This document shows, in pieces, positions 43,522 to 52,139 of a stretch of DNA of 52,139 bases. A model generated the notes under the pieces. The model ran no database searches and had not been told where the DNA came from. It saw only the letters and a list, made by a program, of their open reading frames with translations. Within the stretch, counting starts at the first letter, position 1. Each line of letters begins with the position of its first letter. This stretch comes from a virus (lineage: Duplodnaviria; Heunggongvirae; Uroviricota; Caudoviricetes). A program made the translations under genes and the position numbers. Location of the stretch: positions 92,188-144,326 of the IMG/VR virus record IMGVR_UViG_3300023118_000008; one strand, 5' to 3'.

Positions 43522-45390
43522 TTATACTATAACTATGTCTATAAACCATGTAGCCTTGTCCACATTTGCAGAGTTAGTATTTATAAACTTACTATTTTTA
43601 GCGAAGCTTGGATCTGCTGCTGCTGCTGTTCTTGATGGAGAAGTCTGTAAAGTCTCTATGACACTATTTCCAATCGTATTTATTGCCGAAATTGTGTTAC
43701 CTTTTGTAAAATCTACTTTTGTAAAATCTATGGCTACAGATTCAAATAAATTATTTCTGAAAGTTATAGGCCACAAATTTGTTGAATTAAAAAGCTGGGT
43801 ACCTGTGAAAAATAAAGTGTTGCAATTAGCCATATCAAAGTCTGCCTGATTATTATTTGCCTTGTTAAACCAAACTGTTCCCGATCCTGTAAATCTAGTA
43901 TCTCTTGCTATGAATTGTGGTGTAAATCCATTCAAGGGTTCTATATAAAATACATTATCCCTTAAAAATTGAGAGCTTATGACAGCATTAAACATACGTA
44001 TAGATCCCCCTGTGACATAAAATGCCTTCAATGACGTGTTTCCTGATATTCCTGATAGGCCTGAACTTACTGTTTTACTTATCTCAATCCTTGACTTGCC
44101 TCCCACTTTGCAAATACCATTATTTGAAGATTGAGCTCTTGCACTTATTGATATCGCGATATTACCATCATTATTACATCCTGTGGTACCATTAACTTGA
44201 CCTATGGGATCTGAAGTAAACATATACTTATCGGCAGTGTACGTAGAAGTGTCGTAGTACATTCCAGTTCCATCTATGGTTATATTTTTTACTTTTTGGT
44301 ATGTGTTTGTCGCTATCTTATTTCCAGAATTAAGCAATCCTAATCCATTAACCACTGCTTGGGTGCTCTCTCCATCTAGTGTTATAGTGACTCTTGAATC
44401 TTGACTGTCATTACCAAAATTGGCAACATCATCCATATTTACTAGATATCCGCTATATGTGAAACTCACCGCACCTTGAATCTTTAATCTAATAAAGTTA
44501 TAGTTTAAATCGCTGTTAAAGATATATTCTCCTGTATTATTTTGTATAACTATTTCTTGTCCCTGTTTTTCAGGGGATATTCGTGTACCTGAACCTAAAT
44601 ATGCAAGTAAAGCGTTCCCAATAGAGCTGTTAAGAGTTTTCTGAGGAACTCCTGCAACATATCCTGTTATAGTGTCTGTAAAAGGTGTGGCAAGTGATCC
44701 CGTGCCTCTATAGGGAAGGCCACCCAAGGAAATCCACTCCTCTTCTGAGATGGTATGCAAATTATTTACATAAAGAGCTGGAATTGAATTTGTTGTAGGA
44801 GTGTTTATCGATATTACCCCTTCATCTTCTGTTATGGTAAGTGAGTCTGAGCTTATTTTTTTTGCAGATATGGTAATATTGTCATTTGTTTGAGATATTG
44901 CATTCAGTATCTCTACTCCTATTGACCCAGTATTAGTGGAGTTGACATTCTTAAAGTTGAATTGAGTATTTGTTGAACCTACTGTTGAGTCCTTATAGAC
45001 ACCAATTCCTAAATTACCTGCGTTAGATGCCGTATAAGTTCTTTGGTCTGGGGCTTCAATAGTTATATTGTTATCTGTTTGTGTTACTATTACATTCTCG
45101 GAGCCTTGTATAGATCTGAATTCATAATTCCCTAAGTTGCTGAGTCCTTTGAAGCTCTGTGCTCCTGTTCCCACATTCGTTATTGAAATTGTAGGTACTG
45201 GTGGAGTAATACTCAAACGCTCATCTATAAGTTCTAAAACTGTTGATAACACTTCTCCTGCATCTGTCCCTATGTTCGGTAATTCTGGGTTTACAGTTAT
45301 ACAGTCCGTTGTTGTTCTCACTTCGCAATCCCTGCACATGTTATCAGGAAAGCAATTATTACTATTACATCCGCAATCTTTTTTGCACAT
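43522..45390 (-). CDS. Putative tail spike/fibre protein (622 aa) with Cys-rich N-terminus
   Basis: N-terminal CxxxC cluster; NVGTG...EFRSI-type repeats; G/N/T-rich beta-solenoid-like body. Confidence 0.65.
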   Translation of the reverse strand: MCKKDCGCNSNNCFPDNMCRDCEVRTTTDCITVNPELPNIGTDAGEVLSTVLELIDERLSITPPVPTISITNVGTGAQSFKGLSNLGNYEFRSIQGSENVIVTQTDNNITIEAPDQRTYTASNAGNLGIGVYKDSTVGSTNTQFNFKNVNSTNTGSIGVEILNAISQTNDNITISAKKISSDSLTITEDEGVISINTPTTNSIPALYVNNLHTISEEEWISLGGLPYRGTGSLATPFTDTITGYVAGVPQKTLNSSIGNALLAYLGSGTRISPEKQGQEIVIQNNTGEYIFNSDLNYNFIRLKIQGAVSFTYSGYLVNMDDVANFGNDSQDSRVTITLDGESTQAVVNGLGLLNSGNKIATNTYQKVKNITIDGTGMYYDTSTYTADKYMFTSDPIGQVNGTTGCNNDGNIAISISARAQSSNNGICKVGGKSRIEISKTVSSGLSGISGNTSLKAFYVTGGSIRMFNAVISSQFLRDNVFYIEPLNGFTPQFIARDTRFTGSGTVWFNKANNNQADFDMANCNTLFFTGTQLFNSTNLWPITFRNNLFESVAIDFTKVDFTKGNTISAINTIGNSVIETLQTSPSRTAAAADPSFAKNSKFINTNSANVDKATWFIDIVIV

Positions 45391-45392
45391 TT

Positions 45393-45596
45393 TTATAAAT
45401 TTTCTTCAAGAGCTTGTATCCTTGCGGTAAGTCCTTGTATTATTGTTGCTAATTTTACGATAGACACATCTAACTGCTCATTGGCAGAAATTCCTAAAAT
45501 CGGTACTGCTGTTTTTGAGATGATGCACTCTGTGTATTTTTTTTCGCCTTGGCAAGAATCTACTTCCTGTTCAATGCAGTCATTACAATCTGCCAT
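45393..45596 (-). CDS. Small Cys-rich structural protein (67 aa)
   Basis: Shares a Cys pattern with the 622-aa N-terminus; C-terminal coiled coil. Confidence 0.7.
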   Translation of the reverse strand: MADCNDCIEQEVDSCQGEKKYTECIISKTAVPILGISANEQLDVSIVKLATIIQGLTARIQALEENL

Positions 45597-45614
45597 AGTT
45601 TATATCTAATGTTT

Positions 45615-46256
45615 TCATAATTCTATCAATATTTTTGCACCTACTGTTTTTTCTGTTGTTGCCGTACCTAGAACAGTCAGTTTCTTAATCCTTATTCCTA
45701 AATTTGCTTCAAAGCTTGAGTTGTTATTTAAATCTAAAGAGTGATTGTAACCGCCTCCCAAAATAAGCCCAAACTTAGGAGCTTCTTTTACAATTGTATT
45801 GGTGATTGTTTTTTCTTGTACTGTTACTTCCCTTTCTTTTATCTTGTAATCTGCTTTTATATCTTTTAATTCACCTTGTACTTTTGTTCGGACTTTAAGT
45901 TCTATGTTATTATCTGAAAAATCTGAAATATTTTCTTTCTCTTGTATTGATTGGATGTATATTATACTTTTTAAACTGTCATTTGCTTTTAAATATTTTT
46001 CGGCGAGTTTTTTATCAAAAGGATGAGTGGAGTATATGAGCCTGTCTTTGTAAATAATTGAATCAGTTCCTTGACTCGGCAACTCTGTGATTGTCTTAGG
46101 AATTAAAGTCCCTATTACTTCTGGAACTCTTATCTTCACATCCTTATAAGTTGTAACAGTAGACGGTTCAGGATTGCAATCTTTAAGTAGGAGGATAATA
46201 AATATTGCCATAATTCCCATAACAATTTCTCTCCAATATGTTTTTAATGCTATCAT
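45615..46256 (-). CDS. Membrane-anchored protein, spanin candidate (213 aa)
   Basis: N-terminal hydrophobic segment ending LLLKDC; amphipathic beta-rich C-terminus; directly after the endolysin. Confidence 0.5.
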   Translation of the reverse strand: MIALKTYWREIVMGIMAIFIILLLKDCNPEPSTVTTYKDVKIRVPEVIGTLIPKTITELPSQGTDSIIYKDRLIYSTHPFDKKLAEKYLKANDSLKSIIYIQSIQEKENISDFSDNNIELKVRTKVQGELKDIKADYKIKEREVTVQEKTITNTIVKEAPKFGLILGGGYNHSLDLNNNSSFEANLGIRIKKLTVLGTATTEKTVGAKILIEL

Positions 46257-46879
46257 ATTTTTAATTTTTGTCCTATTTGTATTAAGTCGGAATTTAGAGA
46301 ATTGTCTTTTTTAATTTTCGTGACGGTAGTTCTATTTTTTATGGCAATTTTAGATAATGTATCCCCCGATACTACCGTATATAGATTTTCCTTTGAAGGT
46401 GTTGTATTCTTTACAGGTAAATTTCCTATTTGAAAGTGCATCCCGTCCTTTCTAGCCCACGTTCCTCCCCACTCTAAGCCACAGTCTGTAAAACATCTTA
46501 CAAATTCTTTGGATAGTTTAGGCTCTTTGTTTAGCTGATTTTCAAAAGCATTTATATCAACAGCTACTGCCCAAGAGTGTAAAGATAGTGATGTCAGACC
46601 TCTTTTCTGACGAATTATAAAAACACCATCCCATGTTTTCAACTCTCTTTCTAAACCTCTATCTATGACATTTTGCAGAGATTTTTCTAATAAGGGTCTA
46701 AAATCTTTATTGATGAATATTTTTTTTGGGAACCCTATTGTACCAACTGCTGAAAATCTTACGTGTGAAAAAGCTTTTAGAAAATTTTCTGAAACTACCC
46801 AAATTTCAAAGTATTTATTTTGGGTTTCTATTAAATTAGGGTCTCCGTACTTGCTTAAGCAGTCTTTACTTGTTACCAT
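46253..46879 (-). CDS. Endolysin: M15-family peptidase plus C-terminal LysM (208 aa)
   Basis: [12 protein letters not shown] and WGGTW...DGMHFQ; Lys[14 protein letters not shown]...IQIGQKLKI. Confidence 0.92.
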   Translation of the reverse strand: MVTSKDCLSKYGDPNLIETQNKYFEIWVVSENFLKAFSHVRFSAVGTIGFPKKIFINKDFRPLLEKSLQNVIDRGLERELKTWDGVFIIRQKRGLTSLSLHSWAVAVDINAFENQLNKEPKLSKEFVRCFTDCGLEWGGTWARKDGMHFQIGNLPVKNTTPSKENLYTVVSGDTLSKIAIKNRTTVTKIKKDNSLNSDLIQIGQKLKI

Positions 46880-46891
46880 TTTTAAACTTTT

Positions 46892-47149
46892 TTAAATTTC
46901 TGTCTCTTCTGTTATATTAGGTACTGACTTATTTTCCACCTTCTTGTCAAAAACTGATATTCCCAGCAGAGCTCCTAAAAATAATAATAGAGAGTTGAAT
47001 ACGCCTGATGCATAGGTGTTTAAAACTTCAGCTATTACAATATAAGCCCCTAAAGAAAGTGTGACTAAAAAAGTAATTATAATAATTACAGATTTTCTAG
47101 AATATTTCCCACTCGGTGATTTTAATAAGTCGTTAATTAATTTTTTCAT
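46892..47149 (-). CDS. Holin candidate (85 aa, 2 hydrophobic segments, charged tail)
   Basis: Directly upstream of the endolysin; hydrophobicity pattern. Confidence 0.65.
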   Translation of the reverse strand: MKKLINDLLKSPSGKYSRKSVIIIITFLVTLSLGAYIVIAEVLNTYASGVFNSLLLFLGALLGISVFDKKVENKSVPNITEETEI

Positions 47150-47357
47150 TTTTGAAATCTTGTATCAGTTTGTGCGTCTCCATTATAGTATCTTCTACAG
47201 GAACTGTTTTTTTATAAAGTTCTGTTTCTTGCATCTGTTCTTCAAAGGTCTTTTCCTCTAAGATAATTTTTTCTACTATTGGGTGATTATCATTGGCTTT
47301 GGATAGAGATACCAGTAGTAAAAACCCAGCTATTATACTAAATAATCCTGTTTTCAT
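47133..47357 (-). CDS. Small exported or membrane-anchored protein (74 aa)
   Basis: N-terminal signal-like segment; within the lysis cassette. Confidence 0.65.
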   Translation of the reverse strand: MKTGLFSIIAGFLLLVSLSKANDNHPIVEKIILEEKTFEEQMQETELYKKTVPVEDTIMETHKLIQDFKNEKIN

Positions 47358-47692
47358 AAGTTTTTAATTTGTTTCACTTCTCTAAAGTTTCTGCGTGATT
47401 CATCTTCAAGTTTTTCAAATCTTGCTCTGAAATATTCTTGAGCTTCTTGGATGATTTTAAATTTTTCCTTTTCTTGTACATCGATCTTATTTTGAAGAGC
47501 ATTAAGGTTATCAATATATCTGATATTATTGGAATTAATAGTATCATCTTTGCTCTTGATTATTTCGTCTTGTTTATATATGGCTATAGACATTATTGCA
47601 ATTATCACAGCCATGAGTACTATTATTATCTGCCTATTGGTCAAAGTAACAAGCGTTTTCAGTATATCTAGGATTTTATCCATTCTTATCAT
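47354..47692 (-). CDS. Single-pass membrane protein with coiled coil (112 aa), lysis-related candidate
   Basis: IIIVLMAVIIAIMSIAIY followed by a charged helix. Confidence 0.65.
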   Translation of the reverse strand: MIRMDKILDILKTLVTLTNRQIIIVLMAVIIAIMSIAIYKQDEIIKSKDDTINSNNIRYIDNLNALQNKIDVQEKEKFKIIQEAQEYFRARFEKLEDESRRNFREVKQIKNL

Positions 47693-48029
47693 TGTTGTAT
47701 ATGCTTGTTAAGATAAAAGATGCTATAAAAATATAGAGAATTAGCAAATAGCACCTGTAATAATCTCTCTCTCCTAACATGTGGGAAAACTCACTCAGTA
47801 TGTTTAGGACAATTACTGCTGAAAAACATCTCAGAGATTCCAAATTCCAGCGTTCATAGCCTTTATATAGGAAAGCTAGCAAGGAAATTAAGACTAGAGT
47901 GTTATCTATATTTTTTAATGTTTCATAGTAGTCTGCATAAAAGTCTGTCTCAATAAAATTATAGACGCTTATATACATGAAAACTAACAATATTGGAATA
48001 GTCTGTAATTTCCTTGCAAGAATTTCCAT
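47676..48029 (-). CDS. Multi-pass membrane protein (117 aa)
   Basis: About four hydrophobic segments. Confidence 0.7.
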   Translation of the reverse strand: MEILARKLQTIPILLVFMYISVYNFIETDFYADYYETLKNIDNTLVLISLLAFLYKGYERWNLESLRCFSAVIVLNILSEFSHMLGERDYYRCYLLILYIFIASFILTSIYNNDKNG

Positions 48030-48085
48030 TACTTCTTGGTCTTTGGCTTGGGTTTTGGAGCCCCGCTTTTCTTAGTCTTATTCAT
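48029..48085 (-). CDS. 18-aa Lys/Pro-rich micro-ORF MNKTKKSGAPKPKPKTKK
   Basis: Start overlaps the upstream gene end; stop overlaps the downstream ATG (TAATG). Confidence 0.5.
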   Translation of the reverse strand: MNKTKKSGAPKPKPKTKK

Positions 48086-48449
48086 TAGGTAATCTGTTTA
48101 TTATGTAGTTTAAAACTTGACCTAGATTTGTTATTTGGGAACCGCAAGGATCATCTCCCAGTATGTTAACACATTCTGTAATATCTTTCAAACAAATATT
48201 TTCCTGTTGTAGGGCGAGTACCTGTGATTCTAGTAAAATTATCCTTGTTTCAAAATCTTCAATAGTTTCAATCAAGTTTTCAGGTATCTCTTCTTTTATC
48301 TCTCCTGCTATTAGATACAAATCTTTTGTTGTATCCTCTAGATTTACACAAGACTTTGTAATTTTAGTAAAGTCGGGAAGTTCTTCCTCATAATTCACAC
48401 ACTGTGAGAATATTACTTCTCCACACGAATTTATATTTTCTTGACACAT
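48078..48449 (-). CDS. Cys-rich structural protein (123 aa, MCQENINSC...)
   Basis: ORF track start 48539 overlaps the 58-aa ORF; ATG 48449 preferred. Confidence 0.75.
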   Translation of the reverse strand: MCQENINSCGEVIFSQCVNYEEELPDFTKITKSCVNLEDTTKDLYLIAGEIKEEIPENLIETIEDFETRIILLESQVLALQQENICLKDITECVNILGDDPCGSQITNLGQVLNYIINRLPNE

Positions 48450-48459
48450 TTTTATGTTT

Positions 48460-48636
48460 TTAAGATTTCTTTGGACGTTTTGGGCGAGGAAGCCCACTCT
48501 CGGGAATTTCAAAATATTCTTCCAAGTCATGATATTCATTTACTTCAATACCTTGCTGTCTTAAATCTTCAAAAGCCTTGATTATAATTCTTTGTAATTC
48601 CGTGTCTTGTAAATCTGTATAAAATGCTCTAATCAT
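48460..48636 (-). CDS. Hypothetical protein (58 aa, MIRAFYTDLQ...PRPKRPKKS)
   Basis: Manual translation; fills the gap after the 344-aa gene. Confidence 0.65.
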   Translation of the reverse strand: MIRAFYTDLQDTELQRIIIKAFEDLRQQGIEVNEYHDLEEYFEIPESGLPRPKRPKKS

Positions 48637-48650
48637 TATTTTTCTTTTTA

Positions 48651-49685
48651 TTAATTACCTTTTACTAAAATTTGAATATTTGTTCCATTCGCTACTGGGG
48701 AAGGTAAACCTAAAAGTGTAAGACCTACTAAGGCTACGTTTATTCCTGCGGAGGATTTAGCGTTTACAGTTAAAGCTTTTGTTGTGGAATTATAAGTCCA
48801 TCCATAAGTATAGTTTACTGTAGAATCATTTATGATTGGTAGTACACAAGTTATATTAGTATACAGAGCTGTTCCTGTTGAAGTCTTATCCGATGTTAAA
48901 TAGAATACTGAATTTCCTACTCCTCCTGCCACAGCTACTGTATTTGTATAATCTGGAATTGGTATTGAAGGCGTTGGAATATTAAGTACTCCTGTCGAAT
49001 TATTGTAAGTGGCTTGTCCTGAACCCGTAGTCGTTAAAGTTATAGAGGCTCTTGCTTGTGCCTGACTAATTGGAGTAACTCCTAAAGCAGTTGTGATTTC
49101 TAAACTTGTAGGTGAGTACCCTATTGCTTTGTACAGTGGGTCGGTAGAGGCCTTTATTATCGAAAACGCTGTCAAGGACTTGCTGTAAGTAGGGACATTT
49201 GGATCAGTTTCTGTATAGCCTGTTATAAATCCTGCTCCATTAGTCAATTGATTTGTATTTGTTGGAATTATTGGCTTATTTAAAACCACTCCCAATCCCG
49301 ATAAAGAGTTCCAATCAGATTGAACTTGTGCAGAAGGTATTGTGGGGAAATTGGCAGTAGTACCATCCCCTCTTAAATACTGTGTTGCTAATCCAGAAGG
49401 TATTGGGAAAAAGTTATTTTGTACCCAGATTTCATCTGCTAAGTATTTCCAAGAACTATTATTATTATATTCTAACTTATTTGTAGAAGAATTATATTGA
49501 AATCTTCCTTTATATCGCATTGTAGGGAATATGCTATCATGTGTTCCTAGAGGTAAAAGAAAGCTTCTTTCGGCACCTATTCCTCCTTTATTTTGTGTAT
49601 GGAATCTAATTGAACCGCTTTCTTGATAGACATCTTGGGCAGATAGTGTAAAAGATACTAATAATAGTGATAGAATTTTTTTCAT
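48651..49685 (-). CDS. Fibre-like protein with an N-terminal signal-peptide-like sequence (344 aa)
   Basis: MKKILSLLLVSFTLSAQ; fibre-type segments YLRGDGT, QVQSDWN, NQLTNGAGFIT, ETDP. Confidence 0.65.
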   Translation of the reverse strand: MKKILSLLLVSFTLSAQDVYQESGSIRFHTQNKGGIGAERSFLLPLGTHDSIFPTMRYKGRFQYNSSTNKLEYNNNSSWKYLADEIWVQNNFFPIPSGLATQYLRGDGTTANFPTIPSAQVQSDWNSLSGLGVVLNKPIIPTNTNQLTNGAGFITGYTETDPNVPTYSKSLTAFSIIKASTDPLYKAIGYSPTSLEITTALGVTPISQAQARASITLTTTGSGQATYNNSTGVLNIPTPSIPIPDYTNTVAVAGGVGNSVFYLTSDKTSTGTALYTNITCVLPIINDSTVNYTYGWTYNSTTKALTVNAKSSAGINVALVGLTLLGLPSPVANGTNIQILVKGN

Positions 49686-49711
49686 TTATTAAAGGTGTGT
49701 ATTAAAATTAA

Positions 49712-50140
49712 TTATTTAGGTTTATATGTTAAGCGAAATTTTTCGCCAATTGCCATAGGATAGTACAATTCTCCTGTTATTTTATCATAGGCTGTGTCAG
49801 GCAGGTTTTCTATTAGAGTTCCCTCAATTCTTAAAGAGTATATTTCATGGTTTCCTTTTAGTTCTTCTAGTACCTGATTACCATTTACTGTAGCTGTACC
49901 ATCATAGCCCATTAAAAATCTACCATTCATTTGAATATCTTCCAATTCAAAATTAGGTATGTATACTCTCATATCATTTATAAACTGTTCATGTGCGGCC
50001 TTTATGTTTGCTGCAACATTTTCAGGTATTTTAATTCCATAAAAGTATTTACCCATAGTATAATAGCTGAAGGTCTGCATCTCTTGTAAAAAAAAGTCTA
50101 TCCTTAGTTCGATCTGAAATTGAATTTCTTCTTCTGTCAT
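49712..50140 (-). CDS. Hypothetical protein (142 aa) between fibre genes
   Basis: ORF track; possible fibre chaperone by position only. Confidence 0.75.
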   Translation of the reverse strand: MTEEEIQFQIELRIDFFLQEMQTFSYYTMGKYFYGIKIPENVAANIKAAHEQFINDMRVYIPNFELEDIQMNGRFLMGYDGTATVNGNQVLEELKGNHEIYSLRIEGTLIENLPDTAYDKITGELYYPMAIGEKFRLTYKPK

Positions 50141-50156
50141 TTTTTATTATTTTTAA

Positions 50157-52037
50157 TTAATATTGTTCATCTAAATGTAGTGTTGCCTTTATAAAATCAA
50201 TACCAGCTACTATATTACTCGCCCCATTGTTTCTATTATTATGAATAGTTAATACTGAATTATGAGTAACGCTACCTTGCTGCATAGCTCCATTTGTAAG
50301 GTTGGTTATTTTATAAAATGTAATTGAACTTCCTTTTATTCTCCATAGTTCCATAAAATAGTCATCACTGTTGGTTTTTAAAAAAGAAGCCCCTAGATTT
50401 ATTTTAAAAAAGGGAATGCCTGCTTGCTTATACATTAATTGCATGTTAGTATCAGCACTATCTGCGGCAAAGCCTACTAAACTTTCTACATAGGCAGAAG
50501 GATCCGCATTAGCCATAACACCAGTAGTAGCTAATCCGTAAAAGCACCTAACATCTGATATTATAGAAGCATCTGCATTTTTTATTCTTTGTGAAAAATA
50601 ATAGCCTTGGTTTGTGTTAATCCTGTTAAAGGCACTATCTCTCAATCCACAACTCGATCCTGCTGTTGCTGCGGTTACATACTTTCTAGTATTTACTACT
50701 ACAAAAGGAGGTACGACTCCATAAGCTATACTCCCATTACTTGCTGTTCCTACTGTAGTAGGCGGGATAGCCCCTGTTGCATCTAATCCACTTCCTGTTG
50801 CTTGATATTTGAAAAATTGGTCATACATCAAACGAGGATAGATGTCGTCATAAGGTGCGAATGAGCTATTTATAATATCTATTGTTGGGTATTTAGAACC
50901 TGTTCCGTCTATTGCCCTGTTATTTTGTTTGTTAGCTAGATTTTCTTTTAAAACTAATGCATCAAATACTGCATTTTGAGAAGGTGCTACTGTAGTTGTC
51001 CCATCGTTTATGGCATCTGCTACTTTTGCATTTATAGCTGTATTTTGAGCAGTACTGACGGGCTTATCAATATCCGATGTATTATCTACATTGTTTAATG
51101 CTAAAGCAGTTTTAAGGTTTGCAGATGTGATAATTCCTGTAAGTCCTGCAACAGAATTTACATCTGAAGGAGATATTTCAATATATGCACTTCCTGACCA
51201 TCTATAAGTTTTATTAGTATCTCTAGCTACGTATATTTTCCCTGTTTCTCCTGTTATAGGAAAAGCTCCTAAATTATTAAATTCCAATACGTCATCTACG
51301 TAGCTAGGTAAATATATAGCGTCTATTGTAGAACTTGAATTTAAAGGTACTACTCCATTTATGGCCCCTTTTTGAGTCAATGGTATAAACCCGCTTCCGC
51401 TTACTTGGCTATCTACATATTGTTTATCTACTAAACTTCTGTTTGTAAAATTAACCGAATAGTCAGCAAAATACTTAGCTGGTAAAGAGCTATCGCTTCT
51501 GATGGTGAACCCCGTACTATCGATATTTAAGTTATTAGTGGGCGTAGCAAAATTTATTGACTGACTTCCTGTTAAAGATGAAGCACCATTTTCAATATAT
51601 ACTGAAGCAAAATTACTTCCTATATTCTGACGAAGTAATATAGGTGTGTCTACTATTCCAATACTTCCTTCTTCTAGGCTTCTCTGTAGTCCTAAATCAG
51701 CTTCTGTAATATAACCTGCATTGTTTATAAGTGTTGATATATTATCCCCTGGCTGTAAAGCTGATTCTATTAGTATTTGAAGAATATCTGAAACTTTAAT
51801 TTGAAAATCTTGCTCGTTTTGAATAACAGTTATACTAGAATCAGGTGACGTTATTGTTATATCACCTCCTTGACTAGAACCTCCTATTTGAATCAGTACT
51901 CCTGTTAGAGAAGACACATACATCAAAACTCCATCAGAGGTCTTTAAAAAATATATTGAATTGGGACAAGGTTTTGAAGGAAGTGTCTTTACCCAATTTA
52001 TACTATTGTCTTTACATTCCTTTTCTTTGCAGTCCAT
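50157..52037 (-). CDS. Tail fibre protein (626 aa)
   Basis: KGAINGVVPLNSS...LPSYVDDV...GETGKIY...LNNVDNTSDIDKPVSTAQ, recalled as widespread tail-fibre segments. Confidence 0.75.
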   Translation of the reverse strand: MDCKEKECKDNSINWVKTLPSKPCPNSIYFLKTSDGVLMYVSSLTGVLIQIGGSSQGGDITITSPDSSITVIQNEQDFQIKVSDILQILIESALQPGDNISTLINNAGYITEADLGLQRSLEEGSIGIVDTPILLRQNIGSNFASVYIENGASSLTGSQSINFATPTNNLNIDSTGFTIRSDSSLPAKYFADYSVNFTNRSLVDKQYVDSQVSGSGFIPLTQKGAINGVVPLNSSSTIDAIYLPSYVDDVLEFNNLGAFPITGETGKIYVARDTNKTYRWSGSAYIEISPSDVNSVAGLTGIITSANLKTALALNNVDNTSDIDKPVSTAQNTAINAKVADAINDGTTTVAPSQNAVFDALVLKENLANKQNNRAIDGTGSKYPTIDIINSSFAPYDDIYPRLMYDQFFKYQATGSGLDATGAIPPTTVGTASNGSIAYGVVPPFVVVNTRKYVTAATAGSSCGLRDSAFNRINTNQGYYFSQRIKNADASIISDVRCFYGLATTGVMANADPSAYVESLVGFAADSADTNMQLMYKQAGIPFFKINLGASFLKTNSDDYFMELWRIKGSSITFYKITNLTNGAMQQGSVTHNSVLTIHNNRNNGASNIVAGIDFIKATLHLDEQY

Positions 52038-52077
52038 ACTTTACCATTCTATTTTTGGTGCACATTCTCTTAGGATC

Positions 52078-52139
52078 TTAAATTCATCACACCAGTCGCA
52101 TTTATTTTCCTTGTAGTGCTTTTTGCAGGCTTTTTTTCC
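52078..52139 (-). CDS. 3' end of a Cys-rich ORF cut by the window edge (...GKKACKKHYKENKCDWCDEF)
   Basis: Open frame from the window end to TAA at 52080-52078. Confidence 0.45.

Noticed and set aside
238-48393. All plus-strand ORFs in the ORF track, plus minus-strand 10342-10560 and 30812-31012
   Set aside because: They lie inside longer, well-tiled minus-strand genes, have shadow-like composition and no motifs.
1-52139. CRISPR array, tRNA/rRNA genes, reverse transcriptase or diversity-generating retroelement
   Set aside because: Intergenic gaps are short once micro-ORFs are included; no regular repeat-spacer pattern, cloverleaf or RT motif seen by eye.

Overview
AT-rich, gene-dense segment of a dsDNA tailed phage; almost all real genes are on the minus strand. 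Canonical TTTG-N20-TAnnTTTG promoters, AT-rich leaders and '...SAQ' signal peptides point to a Bacteroidota (probably Flavobacteriia) host. In transcription order (right to left): tail fibre/spike genes, a lysis cassette (holin candidates, M15 peptidase-LysM endolysin, spanin candidate), a crAss-like tail block (ring, HU/IHF-like, ring, 2445-aa muzzle-like protein with an inserted vWA domain), six large putative ejected 'cargo' proteins (933, 1054, 903, 1739, 765, 1851 aa) interrupted by two promoter-bearing cassettes (one a C5 DNA methyltransferase), an RHH + HNH endonuclease cassette, a terminator, an early region of small ORFs with a second divergent C5 methyltransferase, an RHH + TnpB cassette without TnpA, a family B DNA polymerase, and a truncated putative homing endonuclease. 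Most notable: (1) the three largest cargo proteins (4,355 aa together) contain only four cysteines by manual scan, all terminal and arranged as if for an ordered head-to-tail chain; (2) two unrelated nucleases (TnpB, HNH) are each preceded by a paralogous RHH micro-gene missing from the ORF track; (3) repeated x[QE]xGG motifs delimit modules in two cargo proteins. All calls are from manual reading; no database searches were run.
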